NCBI GenBank assembly: GCA_002104905.1
Contig: MCFE01000092.1
Location: forward strand, 111,584-175,583
DNA length: 64,000 nt
Source: Basidiobolus meristosporus CBS 931.73
Lineage: Eukaryota > Fungi > Basidiobolomycota
Direction: 5' to 3'
Shown here: piece by piece, positions 1-13,683 of the stretch
Position numbering within the stretch: position 1 is the stretch's first letter
How the letters are laid out: each line of letters opens with the position of its first letter
The notes under the pieces: model-generated
What the model saw: only the letters and a program-made list of their open reading frames with translations
Told to the model about the DNA's origin: nothing
Databases searched by the model: none
Translations under genes and position numbers: made by a program

Positions 1-563
1 GTGTACGTCCTGGAGCAGAATGAGGGTGTTGTCGAGCTGTGATTGGGTTGAACAGTGACAACGGATTTTGGAATTAAGCATCAATCTACTCATGTGAACA
101 TATCGAGCATTCGTAATCTACAGCCTACGACCATTATGTCCATCTCAGGGGAAGCGGTCATAATGCCGAGTTGATTATACACCAATCCGAACCACCCAGC
201 ATTCTTAGGAGTCACACTGGCCTTAATGCTGAGCGATTGGCTCCATCCTTTGGAACACGCTTTGCCTAAACATGAATGATTAACATGTGATTAAACTAAC
301 CAAGAGTCGTGGTTTGGTTAGGTTGGATCAGCAAAATGATCAGCATTTGTCAGCCACTGCGTACAGCAGCTTCGGCCGTTCCGCAATCCCTTCTTTTTTT
401 TTCTTTTGACGAGCTGACAAATCTTTTTTTCTTAAGTTCTTGATTAGTAGTCGAAGAAAAGGCCAGGGGAATCCGAATCATAGGGTAGTCGACGTTTCTT
501 GCCTTCGCAAGAGTGGTTTCTATTTGTTTTTTTGTATACTTAGTCCTTGACCCCTAAGCTAGC

Positions 564-1739
564 ATGTCTGACAACCCCTCCGAAAACGCACAAACCCCTT
601 TGTTCACCTGCCTCGCGTGCCATGTGGCCTTTCGTACACTTGAGCACCAACGCAACCATTATCGTACGGACTGGCATCGGTACAACCTGAAGAGAAAGGT
701 GGCCGAGCTTCCACCAATCACCGCCGAGGTTTTCGCTGAGAAGGTGTTGGCCCAGCAAGCGCAAACCGCACAGGAAGGGGCCGCTTTCAAGGGAGAATGT
801 GTCGCTTGTAAAAAGACCTTCGCTTCCGAAAACGCATACACCAATCACATCCAATCCAAGAAGCACAAGGAAACCGAGGCCAAGTTCGCCAAGAACCCAG
901 CCAAGCCCAAGAAGGTCGATTCCGAGACCCCAGTCGAGAAGGAGCTCACCATCGAGCAACAATTGGACCGGGTCACCGACGAGACCGAGTTGCTTCAGCT
1001 CCTGGACAAAAAGAAGGAGCAGGCCGTTCGTCTTACTCCTGAGGACTGCCTCTTCTGCACTCAAAAGAGTCAGAGTTTCGAGGAGAACGTGGATCACATG
1101 ACCAAGACTCACAGTTTCTTCATTCCTGATATTGAGTATCTTACCGATATCCAAGGCCTCTTCAAATACCTTGGGGAGAAGATTTCAGTAGCCAACATTT
1201 GCTTATACTGTAACGGAAAGGGCCGCACCTACCGTACTTTGGAGGCAGTTCGTGGGCATATGGTTGACAAGGGTCACTGTAAGGTTGCTTACGAGAAGGA
1301 AGAGGATATTTTAGAAATCTCCGACTACTATGACTTCACTTCTAGTTATCCCGAGGAGATGCGGGTGGATGATGAGAACGAAGAGTTGGCGGACGATGAC
1401 ATGGTTAACCCAATTGCTTATGGTGAAGAGGAGACCGAATTGGTCTTGCCCTCTGGTGCTAGGGTGGGTCATCGTTCCCTTAAGAGATATTACCAACAAA
1501 ACATCCGACCAGAGGAGGAAAGAGACTCTGTTATTATCAACCGTCTCCTCACTCACTACCAGAGCAATATGGGATATCGTGGCTCTCAAAGCCAGGCACT
1601 CATGCTTGCCACCAACAAGCAGCGTGTTGCTCGTGATATGAACACATACCAAGACCAGCGTAGAAGACATGAATTCAAGTCTGAGATCGGTGTGAAGGCC
1701 AACGGGTTACAAAAGCACTTCCGTGCCCAAATCTTGTAA
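564..1739 (+). CDS. REI1: Cytoplasmic pre-60S maturation factor REI1/ZNF622 (C2H2 zinc fingers)
   Basis: Intronless 391-aa ORF. N-terminal TCLACHVAF...HYRTDWHRYNLKRKVAELPP, further C2H2 fingers (CLFC...HMTKTHSFFIPD; CLYCNG...HMVDKGHC) and a C-terminal NxLQKHFRAQIL, all typical of the family. Confidence 0.93.
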   Translation: MSDNPSENAQTPLFTCLACHVAFRTLEHQRNHYRTDWHRYNLKRKVAELPPITAEVFAEKVLAQQAQTAQEGAAFKGECVACKKTFASENAYTNHIQSKKHKETEAKFAKNPAKPKKVDSETPVEKELTIEQQLDRVTDETELLQLLDKKKEQAVRLTPEDCLFCTQKSQSFEENVDHMTKTHSFFIPDIEYLTDIQGLFKYLGEKISVANICLYCNGKGRTYRTLEAVRGHMVDKGHCKVAYEKEEDILEISDYYDFTSSYPEEMRVDDENEELADDDMVNPIAYGEEETELVLPSGARVGHRSLKRYYQQNIRPEEERDSVIINRLLTHYQSNMGYRGSQSQALMLATNKQRVARDMNTYQDQRRRHEFKSEIGVKANGLQKHFRAQIL

Positions 1740-2182
1740 GTTAACCAGCATGTATTTGAACCTATCTTTCATACTCCTCCGTCGCATAGCCACTTTCCTG
1801 TGCCCTACTTTAGACTTAATTTCATGTAATCCCTTACATTGCCCCTCCCCTCAGTGAGTTGATTCGTCGTCGTTACTCACAATTGTCGATCACCTCTACA
1901 TGAACTGGAAGAAATTTCTTGTAATTAAAGAACGTCGGATAACAACGCGCATGACGATCTGGGCCGATGTGATTGTAATCATGATTGCTGACATTTATTC
2001 GTATTGTAAATGGAAACGGGTTGATGCTTTTGGTACAACATAAACATAAACGATGTGTGGGACGCTGAATTTGGGATATCACTGGTGCGGGATGCAGGCT
2101 TTCTGTGGACGACCCAATGGGTGGGCCAGTGATGGTGAAGATCTCTAGGGAGTAGTGTGGGATAAAGGTGGGGTTGCTTCGA

Positions 2183-5100
2183 TTACCAGAAAGCGCACCA
2201 ACCGATGTAGCATTGGCAAAGGTTTTCCAAGGAAGTCGCCTGCTGTATCAGCTTCTCCACCTGGGTTGACACATCCAGCGTTTGGTTGGGCTTGAAGTCT
2301 CGTCCGGTCAACTTGTTGGAGATTCTATTGACCACGTTCAGGGCCTTTTGATTCAAGACTTCGGGGTTATTGCTAGGCTCCTCTTCTTGTGCATACTCCG
2401 ACTGGATCATTCTTCGGCTAGAAGGAACGGTTCGACTGAAGCCGTCCTCAACATTCTCACTGACTGAGCTGGCTGGTTGGCGAGGGTCCTGGTGAGGGCT
2501 GGGGGTTGTTAAGAGACGCCAGTTGATCAACGGATCATACACGAAGGCCTCCAACACCGCCATCAAGCTCTCCTTGTTCTCGCGTAGAACGCGCATGACG
2601 TTCTCACAGGTGGTACGGAAGTTTCCTTCGATACCGCTGACCTCCATGGCGTTGGTCAGCATGCGGGTCAGACGGAACGGAATGCGCTCAGGGAATTTCT
2701 CTCGGTGCATGGCCACCTCGAAACAATCGCCGAAATCGATGTGGATCACCTTTCCGGAGAATCTGTCCAACATCAGGTTCGATGGATGTCTATCCCCGAG
2801 ACCGAGAATGTAGCCAACCATGGACATCACTGCCAATGATCGGGTGTAGTTGGTACGGCGATCCAACCATGCCTCAGAGTTTCGGCTCTTCAGCCATAGC
2901 ACACGGTACAGGTCCTGACCAGTGGTATGCTCTAAAGCATACTCAAACACCTCCACCTTTTGCATCAAAGTCAAATTGTCGTAGTCCGGAGCCATTTGCA
3001 GCATAATTCTATGCTCGATGTTGAGCAGGATCTTTCTGCTCTCACGGTAATCGCGAATGAGGGCGTGGAACGTATCAGTGTTTGGTAACCAGCCGATCAG
3101 ACCGGAGTTGGGGGAAAGTGGGGTGACCGAGTATCTTTGAATATTCAAGTGTCTCTTGAATGTCTCCGGGTCTGTGGCAAGTAGTGTGTTGACGAGACCA
3201 AATAGCTGCATCACACGCTCATCCTGTCGCAGATCTTCATGACCCTTGAGAAGGAACATGTAGTCGTTTCCATCACTGCCCTTGATGGTGAACTTGCGGG
3301 GGCGTTGCTTGGATGTGATCACGTTGAAAGTGGGGACACACCGGGAAATCCTGATGATCTCTTCGCCACTCTTGTAGGTTCCAGGAACAGCAAGTTCCAA
3401 ATCCTGGGCGGCCAGAAGCCTGGGTGAAACGTATTGCAGCTCAAGGGTTGTGAGTTGTGGTAGCTGCTTATTGATGCGTCGGAACACTTGGTAGTAAAGA
3501 TCCCACGCTTGATGGAGATTGTTTTCATCCAGTGTCTGCTTGTAGCGTTTGCACCATTCTTGGGCTTCTTGCAAGTCTCTTCCAAAGGCTTGGTTGAAGG
3601 ATATTTCACGTAGGGTTTCGGGGCCTCGCTCGAGCATCTGATGCAGTGGCTCTAGAGTGGCGAACATCCCTTCAATACTACGGTCACCGAAGTACAGGCG
3701 GGATGCTTCTTCGAGACCCTCATGCCACATCTCATGCCATAGAATAGCCACCCGAATGAGTTCTTGACTCACCAACAACGCCTGCTCTACTAGCATAGCA
3801 CTGTGCGAGCGCATTTTGTCCATAATGGCCAAGGCAGCCCGTTTTCTCGAGGCATTGAGTGATTTCGAAGCAACAGTCAATGGATAGATCAACGCTTGGG
3901 GATGCTCCTTGCCAACGTCGGTGAGCAGGTGGTGAATCAATCGACGAACATTAGGGCTGGGGGCATGGATACGGGCGATCAGTTGAGGAATGACTTGAAG
4001 CCAAGTGTCAATGCTGACTGTACTGAAGCCTTCGCTTATCGCCACACTGACTTCTTGTTGATAGCCAAATTTGAACCACAAGGTGAGCAATCTAAGAGTA
4101 TCCTGCAAGCTGTTGCCACTCGACAGAGCGATTGAACGGAAGAATCCCTGGACGGCAGGAACAATGTGGGCGGTCATGATCTCTGAGGGAACTGATTCGC
4201 CCAATCTTTCGTAGTAAGTGATGACTTCAAAGTTCGAAAGAGCCCAGGCATGCCAAGCCTTGTACCAGTCTTTGTCGAAATGGGTGGCAAGATAATAGGA
4301 TCGAAGAATATCTGGGATCGTTTCTTCACTCCAGTCATCTTGCAAGGCCATTTGCCATTCTCCTTGTTTCAGGTAGCAACGAGCAAGCAGACGAGTGTAT
4401 TGTTCGTAGGCAGGGTCCCCGTGGACTAGTTCGGTGTTGACGTTGTGCTCATCGAAACCGAGCTCCTTGGATTTAGCCGCAGTGAACTCCCGGAGGAATG
4501 TAATGGTATCTTCCTTATGGCCTGTGGCCCACTTGTGCTTTAGATATGCATACACGATTTGTGGGGGAGCACTCGAATCATGTAGTTGTTCAAAGGTTGG
4601 TTGCTCTATCTCCAACAGGCCAGTGAGGGTTTTTTCGGAGAGACCAAGGCGCCCGCTTTTACGGCAAAGGTTGGCGAACTTGATCCACATTTCCATATCC
4701 TCCTTGGGTGATATGACAAGTGCCCGTATCTTCAGGATTCTCTGCCAGACGTCGACATTTCTTTGGCAGCCCTTCAGGCGCTTGACCCAGGTTTTGCGGA
4801 TGATTGCCTGACGATCGGGCAGATCATAAGATTTTTTGTAGGTGATGATCTCTTCGAGCTCCGCAAGCATTTGCACTCTGACAATAACGCTGTATGCTCG
4901 ACTATAACTTTCCCCAACAAGAGCAGTCAGCTCGGTATCCAACAAATCTCTGGTTGTGTTGATGAATTGATCCGCTTGTTGGAATTGGTTTCTATGTAAA
5001 GCCAAAATGGCGCGGAAGAAAGCACGGTCGGGCGACTCCGATTTCATGACAGCGATGAAATCGTCCATGATTTCCCACTGACCAAGACCCCACGCCGCAG

Positions 5101-8100
5101 CGGCAGCCAGAGGGGCAATGGCTCTGCGCATATCTTCTCCAGCATACGTCCATTTCTCCTGGGCAAGCTGAGAGAGTGCCTCCCATTCACCGAGAGCATG
5201 CAAGCATCTCATACGGCCCATGGTAATGTCGAATGAATTCGGGTCCTCCAGCTGCTTCTTTTCATAGGCTGCAAGAGCATCCTCCCATCTCTGGAGCTTC
5301 TCATACCAGGACTCCTTTAAGCCCAGGTCGTGATTCCGTTGGGCAAAGGTAAGAATACCCACGGCGGCATCAGGCTGCTGCAGCTGGTTGTTGATACTGA
5401 TCAACGCCTCGGTTGTTTCCGTCGAAGGCTCGGAGATAAACTCTAGTTCTTTGTAATGCAGAGCTTTAGCATAGGCGTGGCACTTGGCAGCAAAGGCGCC
5501 CAGAGTACGGATATCGATAGGAAGTGGCTTGTCATCGTGCTCCATAAATTCGGCCAGATTGAGCAGCATCTGAAGAATTTCTGGTGGTATGTTGGGGGAC
5601 TTTAGGGCAAACTCAAGTGATCTAACAAGCTCATCCTGGAAGTTATCGTCCAGTTCAGACCAGCAAGACACAAAGCCTGCATTGAAAAGCTCACGAGCTA
5701 GAGGGTAGTACACGGGGGCTAGGTTTGTAGCGCAGGCCCTCAGGGCCGGGGAAGGGGACTCCTTCAATAGCTCAACACTTAGTCGTCGGATCCATTCATT
5801 CCAATCATCCTTTGTGGATCGCTGGGTGGCTTCCCAGGCACGCTTGAGATGCTGCTGGTTGACGGGGAGCTTTTTCATTGCGCCAACATCCGCTGGTGAT
5901 TCTTCCAGCTTCATTTCGTTCAAGCGCTCGTCTTGGATCTTCCCTAAATCGCGTGGCAAGGGCTCATTCCTCAATAGCTTGGAGATAAGCATCTCGTATT
6001 CAGGGTGCTGGATCCTGTGCTTGATTAAAAGCTTCTTGACTGTAGGGGCAAACACAGCATAGTCCGGCCCTAGTTGATATGCGAGAATACATAGAGTGTC
6101 CATCGTGGCTGTACGTAACTCGTTCAGGTGAATGTTCAGCACTCTGGATAGAGGGTGTATCAACCTAGAGGCGAGATCACAGCAGTTCACATTCTTGCAC
6201 AAGTGGCCGGTAGTCTGGATGGCGATTTTACGTATTCCCACGGGAGTGTCGTTACGTTCAAAAAGCTTCACAATGACCGGAATGATCAGATGCATGTATT
6301 CTTCGATGCTGGACCCGAACTTAATCAAGGCATGTAGCACTTTTAGTGTAGGTTGCCGCTTGTCAGACATATCACTATCGATGATCTGAAGCATATGGGG
6401 GAGAAAAGCCGGCAAATGCACTTTGAATTCGCCCTCCAAGGCAACAGAGATGGCCTCGACCAGAGAGATGATACATATCTGGAGGTTCGAGGTGTTGTCC
6501 CAGAATTCCTGAATCAAGGAGAAAATGTCCTGAAGGTAATTTCTGATGTGCTGCTTCACAATGGATACCAAGATACCAAGCTGCTGGAAGTGGAACTCCA
6601 AGATACGAGGCGGTGAGGTTCTCATGACACTGAGAAATGTTGGAAGGATTTGGGGCAGGAAGGAGACGCACTTGAGGCCAAGGGTTTTAAAGATGTACAT
6701 AATGGCTTGTACAACCTCGGTGTGGTAAGCACTAAGTGAAGGATCGCGCAGAATCTTGAGCAAGCATTGAAAACCACGGTTGGGAAATAATCCTCGGAAG
6801 ACGGACCCATTCCCATCATCAGCAGAGACACATCTGTGTTTGCTGATCTGCTGTCCGCCTGAGTGTCGTTTGGTCCACCAACCGCCATCTTGTGTTTGTA
6901 AGGATCCAAGGCACCCAAAATACCCAGGAGCTTTACTGTTTCACGACGCAAGGATAGTGACTGCTCCGTTTTCAACATATCGATCAGAATATCGAGGAGA
7001 TTTGGATAGTTGAGATAGGGGTCAATAACGAATCCAGTGTTGCTGGCTATCTGTCCAAGAGCCCTAAGTGCAGCATCACGTTTCGTGGACGAGCTTTGAT
7101 CTTGGAGAGTCTCCATGATTAGAGGCAAGAGGTCATCCAAGTAGTCCAGCATGTCTTCGCCCCCAACCAAAGCAAGCTCTCCAATAGCATTCAGTACGCT
7201 AGAAGCAACACCCGGACTACGGTCTCTAGATTTAGAAAGCAACACCTTCAAAATCGGCTCTACATAGGGTTTGATCAGCCTTTGAGCGGCGGCGATTAGA
7301 TGGCTCAGCAGATGAGCACTCTCTTCCTTGTTACGACTAGCAAAGAAGTATTGTGAGATGCTGGCTGGCACAAGAGGATAGACTTCCAGAAACATACCTC
7401 ACACTGGAATACTCGAGCTCTGTCAACAACTGGATAAGGCTTTTTCTCAGCGATGGCATGACGTAGGCTGGGTTATGATTTGCAAGGCGTCCGATGATAG
7501 TAATGGCCACCTCACGAATAGCAAACACTTCATCATTAAGCGCAATAAAGAGCGAACGTACATTGTCCGCTTGTGCTAGGTGACGATCAAACCGTTCATC
7601 AAGCGAAGAGAGCACAGTAAGGCGAATGCTCGGATCTAAAGGCAAAAATCCATCAATAAGAACCGAGCACACATCATACATCACATCGACACATACCTGG
7701 GTCAGCAATTCCAGATGTGAGAAGCTTCTCAAGCACCTCGCTAACCACTTCAATGGCATGGTTGCTGGCCTGGAAACAGATCGGATCACGGACGAATAGT
7801 TGGCAGCAGGTCAAGGCTGCAGCCTTCCTGACCTCTACCGAGTCATCTTCCAAGTAGGATATAATGTGATCACGAACAAACTCGCTGAGCATATGCCCGT
7901 TGAAGTCGAAGCTCCCTAGAGTGTTGAGAGCTAGAGTTACGGTTTCTGGGTCGCGATTCTCGATCAACTGGACGTCACGCGGGGTGGGTACACTAGCGGC
8001 GATTAAACGAGCGGGTGCGCCAGGCTGTCGGTAAGGCTGTCCAGTCAAGATGATCGCAAGCATATTTAGGAGGCGGTCCTGGATGGTCGGTAGCAGGGGA

Positions 8101-9799
8101 GGGATGTTTTTCGAGAGATCGATCAAAGCTTGCTGCAATGGCTCACTCAACCCAAGCGAAAATATCAAATCCAGGATGTCGTGCATGTACTTGGTAAGCG
8201 CCTGCCCAACTGCAGTCGCTAGCATACTGATGCACTGGAACATGGGCGCCTCATTGGCCGTCTTGCTCTTGCCTCTAGATGCCATCAGCCCATCCTTGAT
8301 GGCCTGGATGGTAGCATCCAGGTATGGACTCATGTTGCTTCCAACAGCCATGGCTATCTCTCCGATGGCTGTGAAGGCGATAGAGCCGTCTTTGTCTTTC
8401 CTTAGCTGGCCCAACAGATGGTTCATCGATTTGTGAAGATAAGAGTCCGAGAACTCCACCGGATTGTATTTGGCTAGCGCAGGAATTAGCGATAACACAG
8501 TCTTCCTAATGAGAATATCTCGATGGTCTTTGAATCGAAGAACGTTATCGCCAACTTCGTTGTAGCGCTCGTGCATAAACATCCCGGTATGCTGTAACAA
8601 CTCGAGGAATGCAAGTAAAGATCCATGAATACACTCCGCTGTCCCCAGTTTGAATCCGCGTTGGCATTCGTCGTAGAGCCTGCAGTACCACTGAACACGT
8701 ATTTGGCTTTCACGATAATAAACGATTTTGAGGCAAGCTCCCAGGCAATTTGCACCGCTTTCTCTGATGATAGCCTAAATCCAAGCATTCGATATGAGAA
8801 CACTGGCTGGGGTGTGGTTGACATCGCTTGGTTACCTTGCTATCTCTCAATGCAACCCACAGGTTTTCTAAGATTTGGTTGACGTGGAAATAAATAAGAG
8901 TCGGGGCTGATTGGGCCAATTCCTTCAATATCAATACAGCTGCGTGTCTTCTGAACTCGTTTCGATCCCCTTCAAGATAGCCCAATATTCAGTAACCGAA
9001 GAATGTTGCGCGACAGTGAAATTCAGACTGACCTTGAAGCCACTCAAGAGCACTCTTGACCTCAAATTCGACAAAATCGGCTTTTAAAGTGCCACCTAGT
9101 GAGGCAAGTCGCCCTGTACAATATTCCCAGTAAATCGTAAGCCCAAACATGAATCTTTTGGGAAGCTGAACCCCTCCTACCTATCGATTTAGTGGCTAGT
9201 ATCATGGCCTGTGGGTTATTGCCAGAAATAATTTTTCTAAGGAAGTTAGCGGAACGCGTGATCTTTGTAGTGCTTTCCTCTCCGTCATAGTCGATCAGCT
9301 TGTCTGCAAGAATACATCATTAATATGAGCTGTCGTGTACTTTGTGCGGACACCAACACAGTGTGCACAAAATGGTTTTCGAAATCAAGGTGTTTACCGA
9401 TGGCTAATACGGCTCCGATCTTGTCGTTGTTATCACTCCCCTGAATCATTTCCAAAATTCTTTTGCCGAGGTCTTGGTTGAACTTTACCAAGGCATCGCC
9501 CGACAATTCACGGGCCACGGCATCGACCTACATGGCATCAAAGGTTCATTGTTAGTACACGCATAGTATGCGTAGCCAGTAATGTATAGAAGATGTTGAT
9601 CTATTACGTGATCTTTCAAATCATTGGCAGCTTTCAGTCGAGTTTCTTCATTTCTAAAGTACAGAGAAGACAATAGGTAAGTCTGGGACGCAATACTCAT
9701 CGGCCAGAAAGCCAGACGGGATGGGAGGCAAAGTTACCTGCTTTTAATCTCAGCAAGAATTCGCCCAAGAACATCTTGACCCTGCGCTAACGCTGTCAT
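2183..9799 (-). CDS. TOR: TOR serine/threonine kinase (HEAT, FAT, FRB, PIKK kinase, FATC); multi-exon, with an apparent 1-nt frameshift at ~6763
   Basis: Start ATG at 9799 ([21 protein letters not shown], then intron 9654-9737). [22 protein letters not shown], kinase [18 protein letters not shown] and [20 protein letters not shown] end [12 protein letters not shown]. Confidence 0.97.
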
Positions 9800-10097
9800 C
9801 GTTTGCTAACAGGCCAGGAAATAATATGAACTTCAACTGAACGAAGGCTAGAATTCGAGGAGAATATTAGGCATCTCTTGCCATATGCTGGATCACCTAC
9901 GAGGATCATCCTGCTAAACCATTGGATTAGGGCTTACACAAATTATTATGTAAAATACTTCCAATTTCCTAGTCACATATCAAATCCACCAAATCAACCA
10001 ATACATTAATATCTTGAAATTGGGATCATGACTATGTCATCAGTATTTTCCAGCATTTGGATTGAAGCGTAGTGTAGCGGCACTTGGAACGTTAATC

Positions 10098-13000
10098 ATG
10101 GCCACCCTGACCGAGGCAGAGGAGCCTAAAACTCGTTTGTTTCTCGAGGAAAGTAAGTGACCCTCCAAATACTCCCTACCTGCTTACGCCTCAACCATGC
10201 TAAATGTTCTATGAAGACTATGCTGAATACCTTACGAAAGAATTCGACCCAAACGATCATGCCCAAGCAAGCGTTCGAAGCGATGATGGAGACTTGTCAA
10301 ATTCTCTACAGAGACTGTCGGCCAATATAGATGGTCTGAAAGCTTATTTGGATAAACATGTATGTACAAGCAGGCGTTTGAAGGACGAATCCATGTACTC
10401 ACCTTGCATACCACCAGGTTGCTGAAAACACTGAGGAGCTCCTTGAACGTGTCTATGGGATCACTCACCTGGAAAAAGATTTGGAAGGGGTCAAGCTGAA
10501 TGTCTCGTCCATGTCCGAGTCGCTAGTTAGGTATATGCTAGCAATGCGGCGTGGAATTTTCATTTCCTAACCTAATGGTACTACAAACGACAGACTCCGT
10601 AACAAAGTAAAAGTTCCGTATGAGCAGATATTGGGATATACGACGCAACTGGAACGGCTGCAAAATGCTTCGGATGTGTTACGGCGGGTAATGCGATTTC
10701 TTCAGCTTGCACAGCGGTTGGAAACCCAGGTTCAGGGCGGAGACCGCGAATTCACTCAAACAGCTTTGTCACTACGCGAACTTGGTAGACGTTTCTCACA
10801 CCTCGACGACTTTCACTCTTTTGACTGACTTGGAATATAAGACAAATTCCTTAGTGACCCAGACCTCGAAGGGATTGATGTGATAGATGCTGAAAAAGCG
10901 GATATTAGCCGCTATCGGACCCAGGTAGTCGAGGCCGCGGATAGACTACTACTTGATGGTCTTCAAACTCAAGTAAGGCTCATGCTCATACTCGTTCCCC
11001 TTGTGACCGCTTGTTTGTTGACACAAATCATACCAGAACCAAGCAGACATCGCATCGGGTCTTCAGATATTCTATAATCTCAATGAGATGGAGGAGCGCG
11101 TATGTGAGATCTTAAATGATATCAACGACAGCGTACTGGCCGAGATCCAGGTTGCATTCGATATGAATTCACTGCAAAAAGAACTTCGAGGTAATCTGGT
11201 ACGCCGATCTTTGGTATTGCTACTGGTGTAACACGTACATTAGATGCTGGTATAGAATATCCCAATGCAGCACGAAGGATAAAAGATTTATCCAACCCAG
11301 GGACTGCAGCATGGAGTATGGCGCTTTGGTCCAAGCTTGAAACACTCATGGATAGAATGGGTGAAGCCTGTAACAAGGTAAGCGATCACTAGCCCTTCGT
11401 TATCGGTAGCATTGCTCTAAGCTTTTTGCGGCAGGTGTATCTTCTAGACCGTGTATTATCGCTGAAAAGAGACCCAACTACTCATGTCAGCTTCCAGGAA
11501 GGGTTACTACAGGTTCTCATAGCAGTTGTTTATGATAGGCATGGTCTCATTCTAACGGATGTAATAGTCACTAGAAGGAAGCGTTGTAAATTTCTTTTGG
11601 CGAAACCTAGCGGCAAACTTTGAGGCTGAGCTAAATGACGCTGGAAACCGTAGTTTGCCTTTCTCGACCATTTCGCCTTTTCTGTGTTAACCAACTCCCC
11701 CCCCCCCTAGGGTCAACTATTCTGCAGCAAACTCTTCAGATTGGATACCCGAAGCTGCTGAGTTTGTTTCATCAATTTTTTTCTCGCATTGCTGTGTACA
11801 CCGGATATACTCTTGGGTATAATTCCCAAAGGTTGACCTGCTACGTATTGTGCTGGCAAAGGCTCTTGCTAACTCTTTCTATAGTCCCGAAGCCATTCTT
11901 ATGCTCAACACCATCTCGGCTTACGAATCTTCCTACCTTGCCAAATCCTCATCGCGCCTATTGGAAATGGTCAACTCAACATTCCCAACCTCTGGCTTCC
12001 GTATGATGCCGCGGCGAGAGGAGTTCACTCAAGCCATGAAGATCATAGCTGGGTAAATGAACTGAGATGACTCTAACTCACCATGCACCCCACTAATCAG
12101 TCAGACCCTCTTAGTGAGCTTGATCTTGTGAAATTTGATCGTCAGCTGCTTGCCGCCGTTAGCAAGAATATCGTTAAATGTCTAACCTCCATCAAGACAA
12201 AACTGGAAACCTGGGTAGCGCTGGTATACTTGCCTCCCTGTCTTACTTCCGTGCTTAACCCTCGCTTCTAGATATCAAGGGATAATAGCGCATATGTGAT
12301 CATCTTTTCCGGGGGCCTTACCGCGTCGCAGAACAACAATATCGAGATAGTTAACAACATGTATTACTTCCGTCAAGCCTTCATCAAATTTGTCGAGGAT
12401 TTGCCCCATGATATGCACAGCACTTTCGATAATTCTCTAGATGTAAGCCCTGGATTGACCTTCATCGAGGCAGTGTTTCTGACTTTAGCTTTATAGATTA
12501 TCCAGAAACTCTACCAAGGGGTTATACAAGGCCTCTTGCGCCAGTTCTTGAAAGAATTGGAGCTGGTCATATTGAAAGTACACCGAGAAGACTTTGGAAG
12601 GTAGTATACTATTGCTCCACATATCCTTGTGAGCGCCTCCTAATTGATTGCTTAGCTCCAATGCCGGCGATCATATGTCATCGAATGCAAGCCAGTATAT
12701 TGGCGAGTTAGCTGGGAAGCTCAGACACATTCAGCGCGAATACCTCTCAAAGTTTTCGTGTGGTGACGAAGGCAAAGAATGGTAATTCATCTATTAATGG
12801 TTCAATCACATAGTTTTCTAACCGCTTCGCCCCAGGGTAATCGACTTGACACGGCGCGTGGTTATTTATTTCCTAAGACATGCCTCCATGGCACACCCGT
12901 TGAGTGAAATGGGAAAATTGAAGTTGACTGGAGACATGACCCAGTTGGAATTCGTGATAAACCAAATTCTTGCCATTCAGGGCTTGGGCCTATCTTCGCT

Positions 13001-13436
13001 TGGCGAAGCGTATCGAGCCCTTCGAGCATTCAGGTTAGCAACCCAGCACTACCCTCGATGTCTTTTGCCACCACCTGTGCCACAGAGCAACAAGATGTAC
13101 TAACAAGTGGTTGCATTTGCCAGGTTCCTTATGTTCCTCGATTTAGAAGAAATTCCCACCTCGTCGCAAACCGAATCACTTCCGTATATCTACCAACTCC
13201 ATCATTTGTTCGTGCGCAGTGATCCGAATATACCCATGCCTCATGTGTACCAGGGCCAAACTGAACTGCAATACTCAGACTGGCTAGACGCGCATTCTGA
13301 TCTTGAAGCCTACCAGCTAGTATCTCAATGCTTGGACAATTATTCCAAGAATGTCCAGCAGCAGAACAAGCCAGTAGCCGATACCTATCCAATTTTGAGA
13401 CAAGTCCTTGAGAAAGCGATCAGCCATACACAATAA
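10098..13436 (+). CDS. COG5: Conserved oligomeric Golgi complex subunit 5; many short introns
   Basis: Spliced pieces give MATLTEAEE..DYAEYLTKEFDPNDHAQ, LERLQNASDVLRRVMRFLQLAQRL, RVYLLDRVLSLKRDP and HPLSEMGKLKLTGDMTQLEF, matching COG5 as I recall it. Divergent from TOR (about 300 bp). Exact exon borders not all resolved. Confidence 0.8.
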
Positions 13437-13683
13437 TAAAGTTCGATTGTTTATACAAACTATCACACAAACCATCGATATTTTCTGATTTCCCCGAGCA
13501 TTCAGTATCCTGGCCAAGATCTCGAAATCATTGAGAATTGATAGGTTACCATCCTGATCGCATCAACCGGTAAACAAGGTTTGTTTTGATTTTTTCGGAT
13601 GTTATGAAATTTTGTATGGGGTAGTCGTTTGTATCTGGAGAAGCGGAAGTCTCGAGTAGAGGACATATACCGGTGTTAACGCT

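Noticed and set aside
6758-6780. 23-nt GT..AG micro-intron that would restore the TOR frame
   Set aside because: It is far shorter than other introns here, has no branch point, and would delete conserved VVFNALLK residues.
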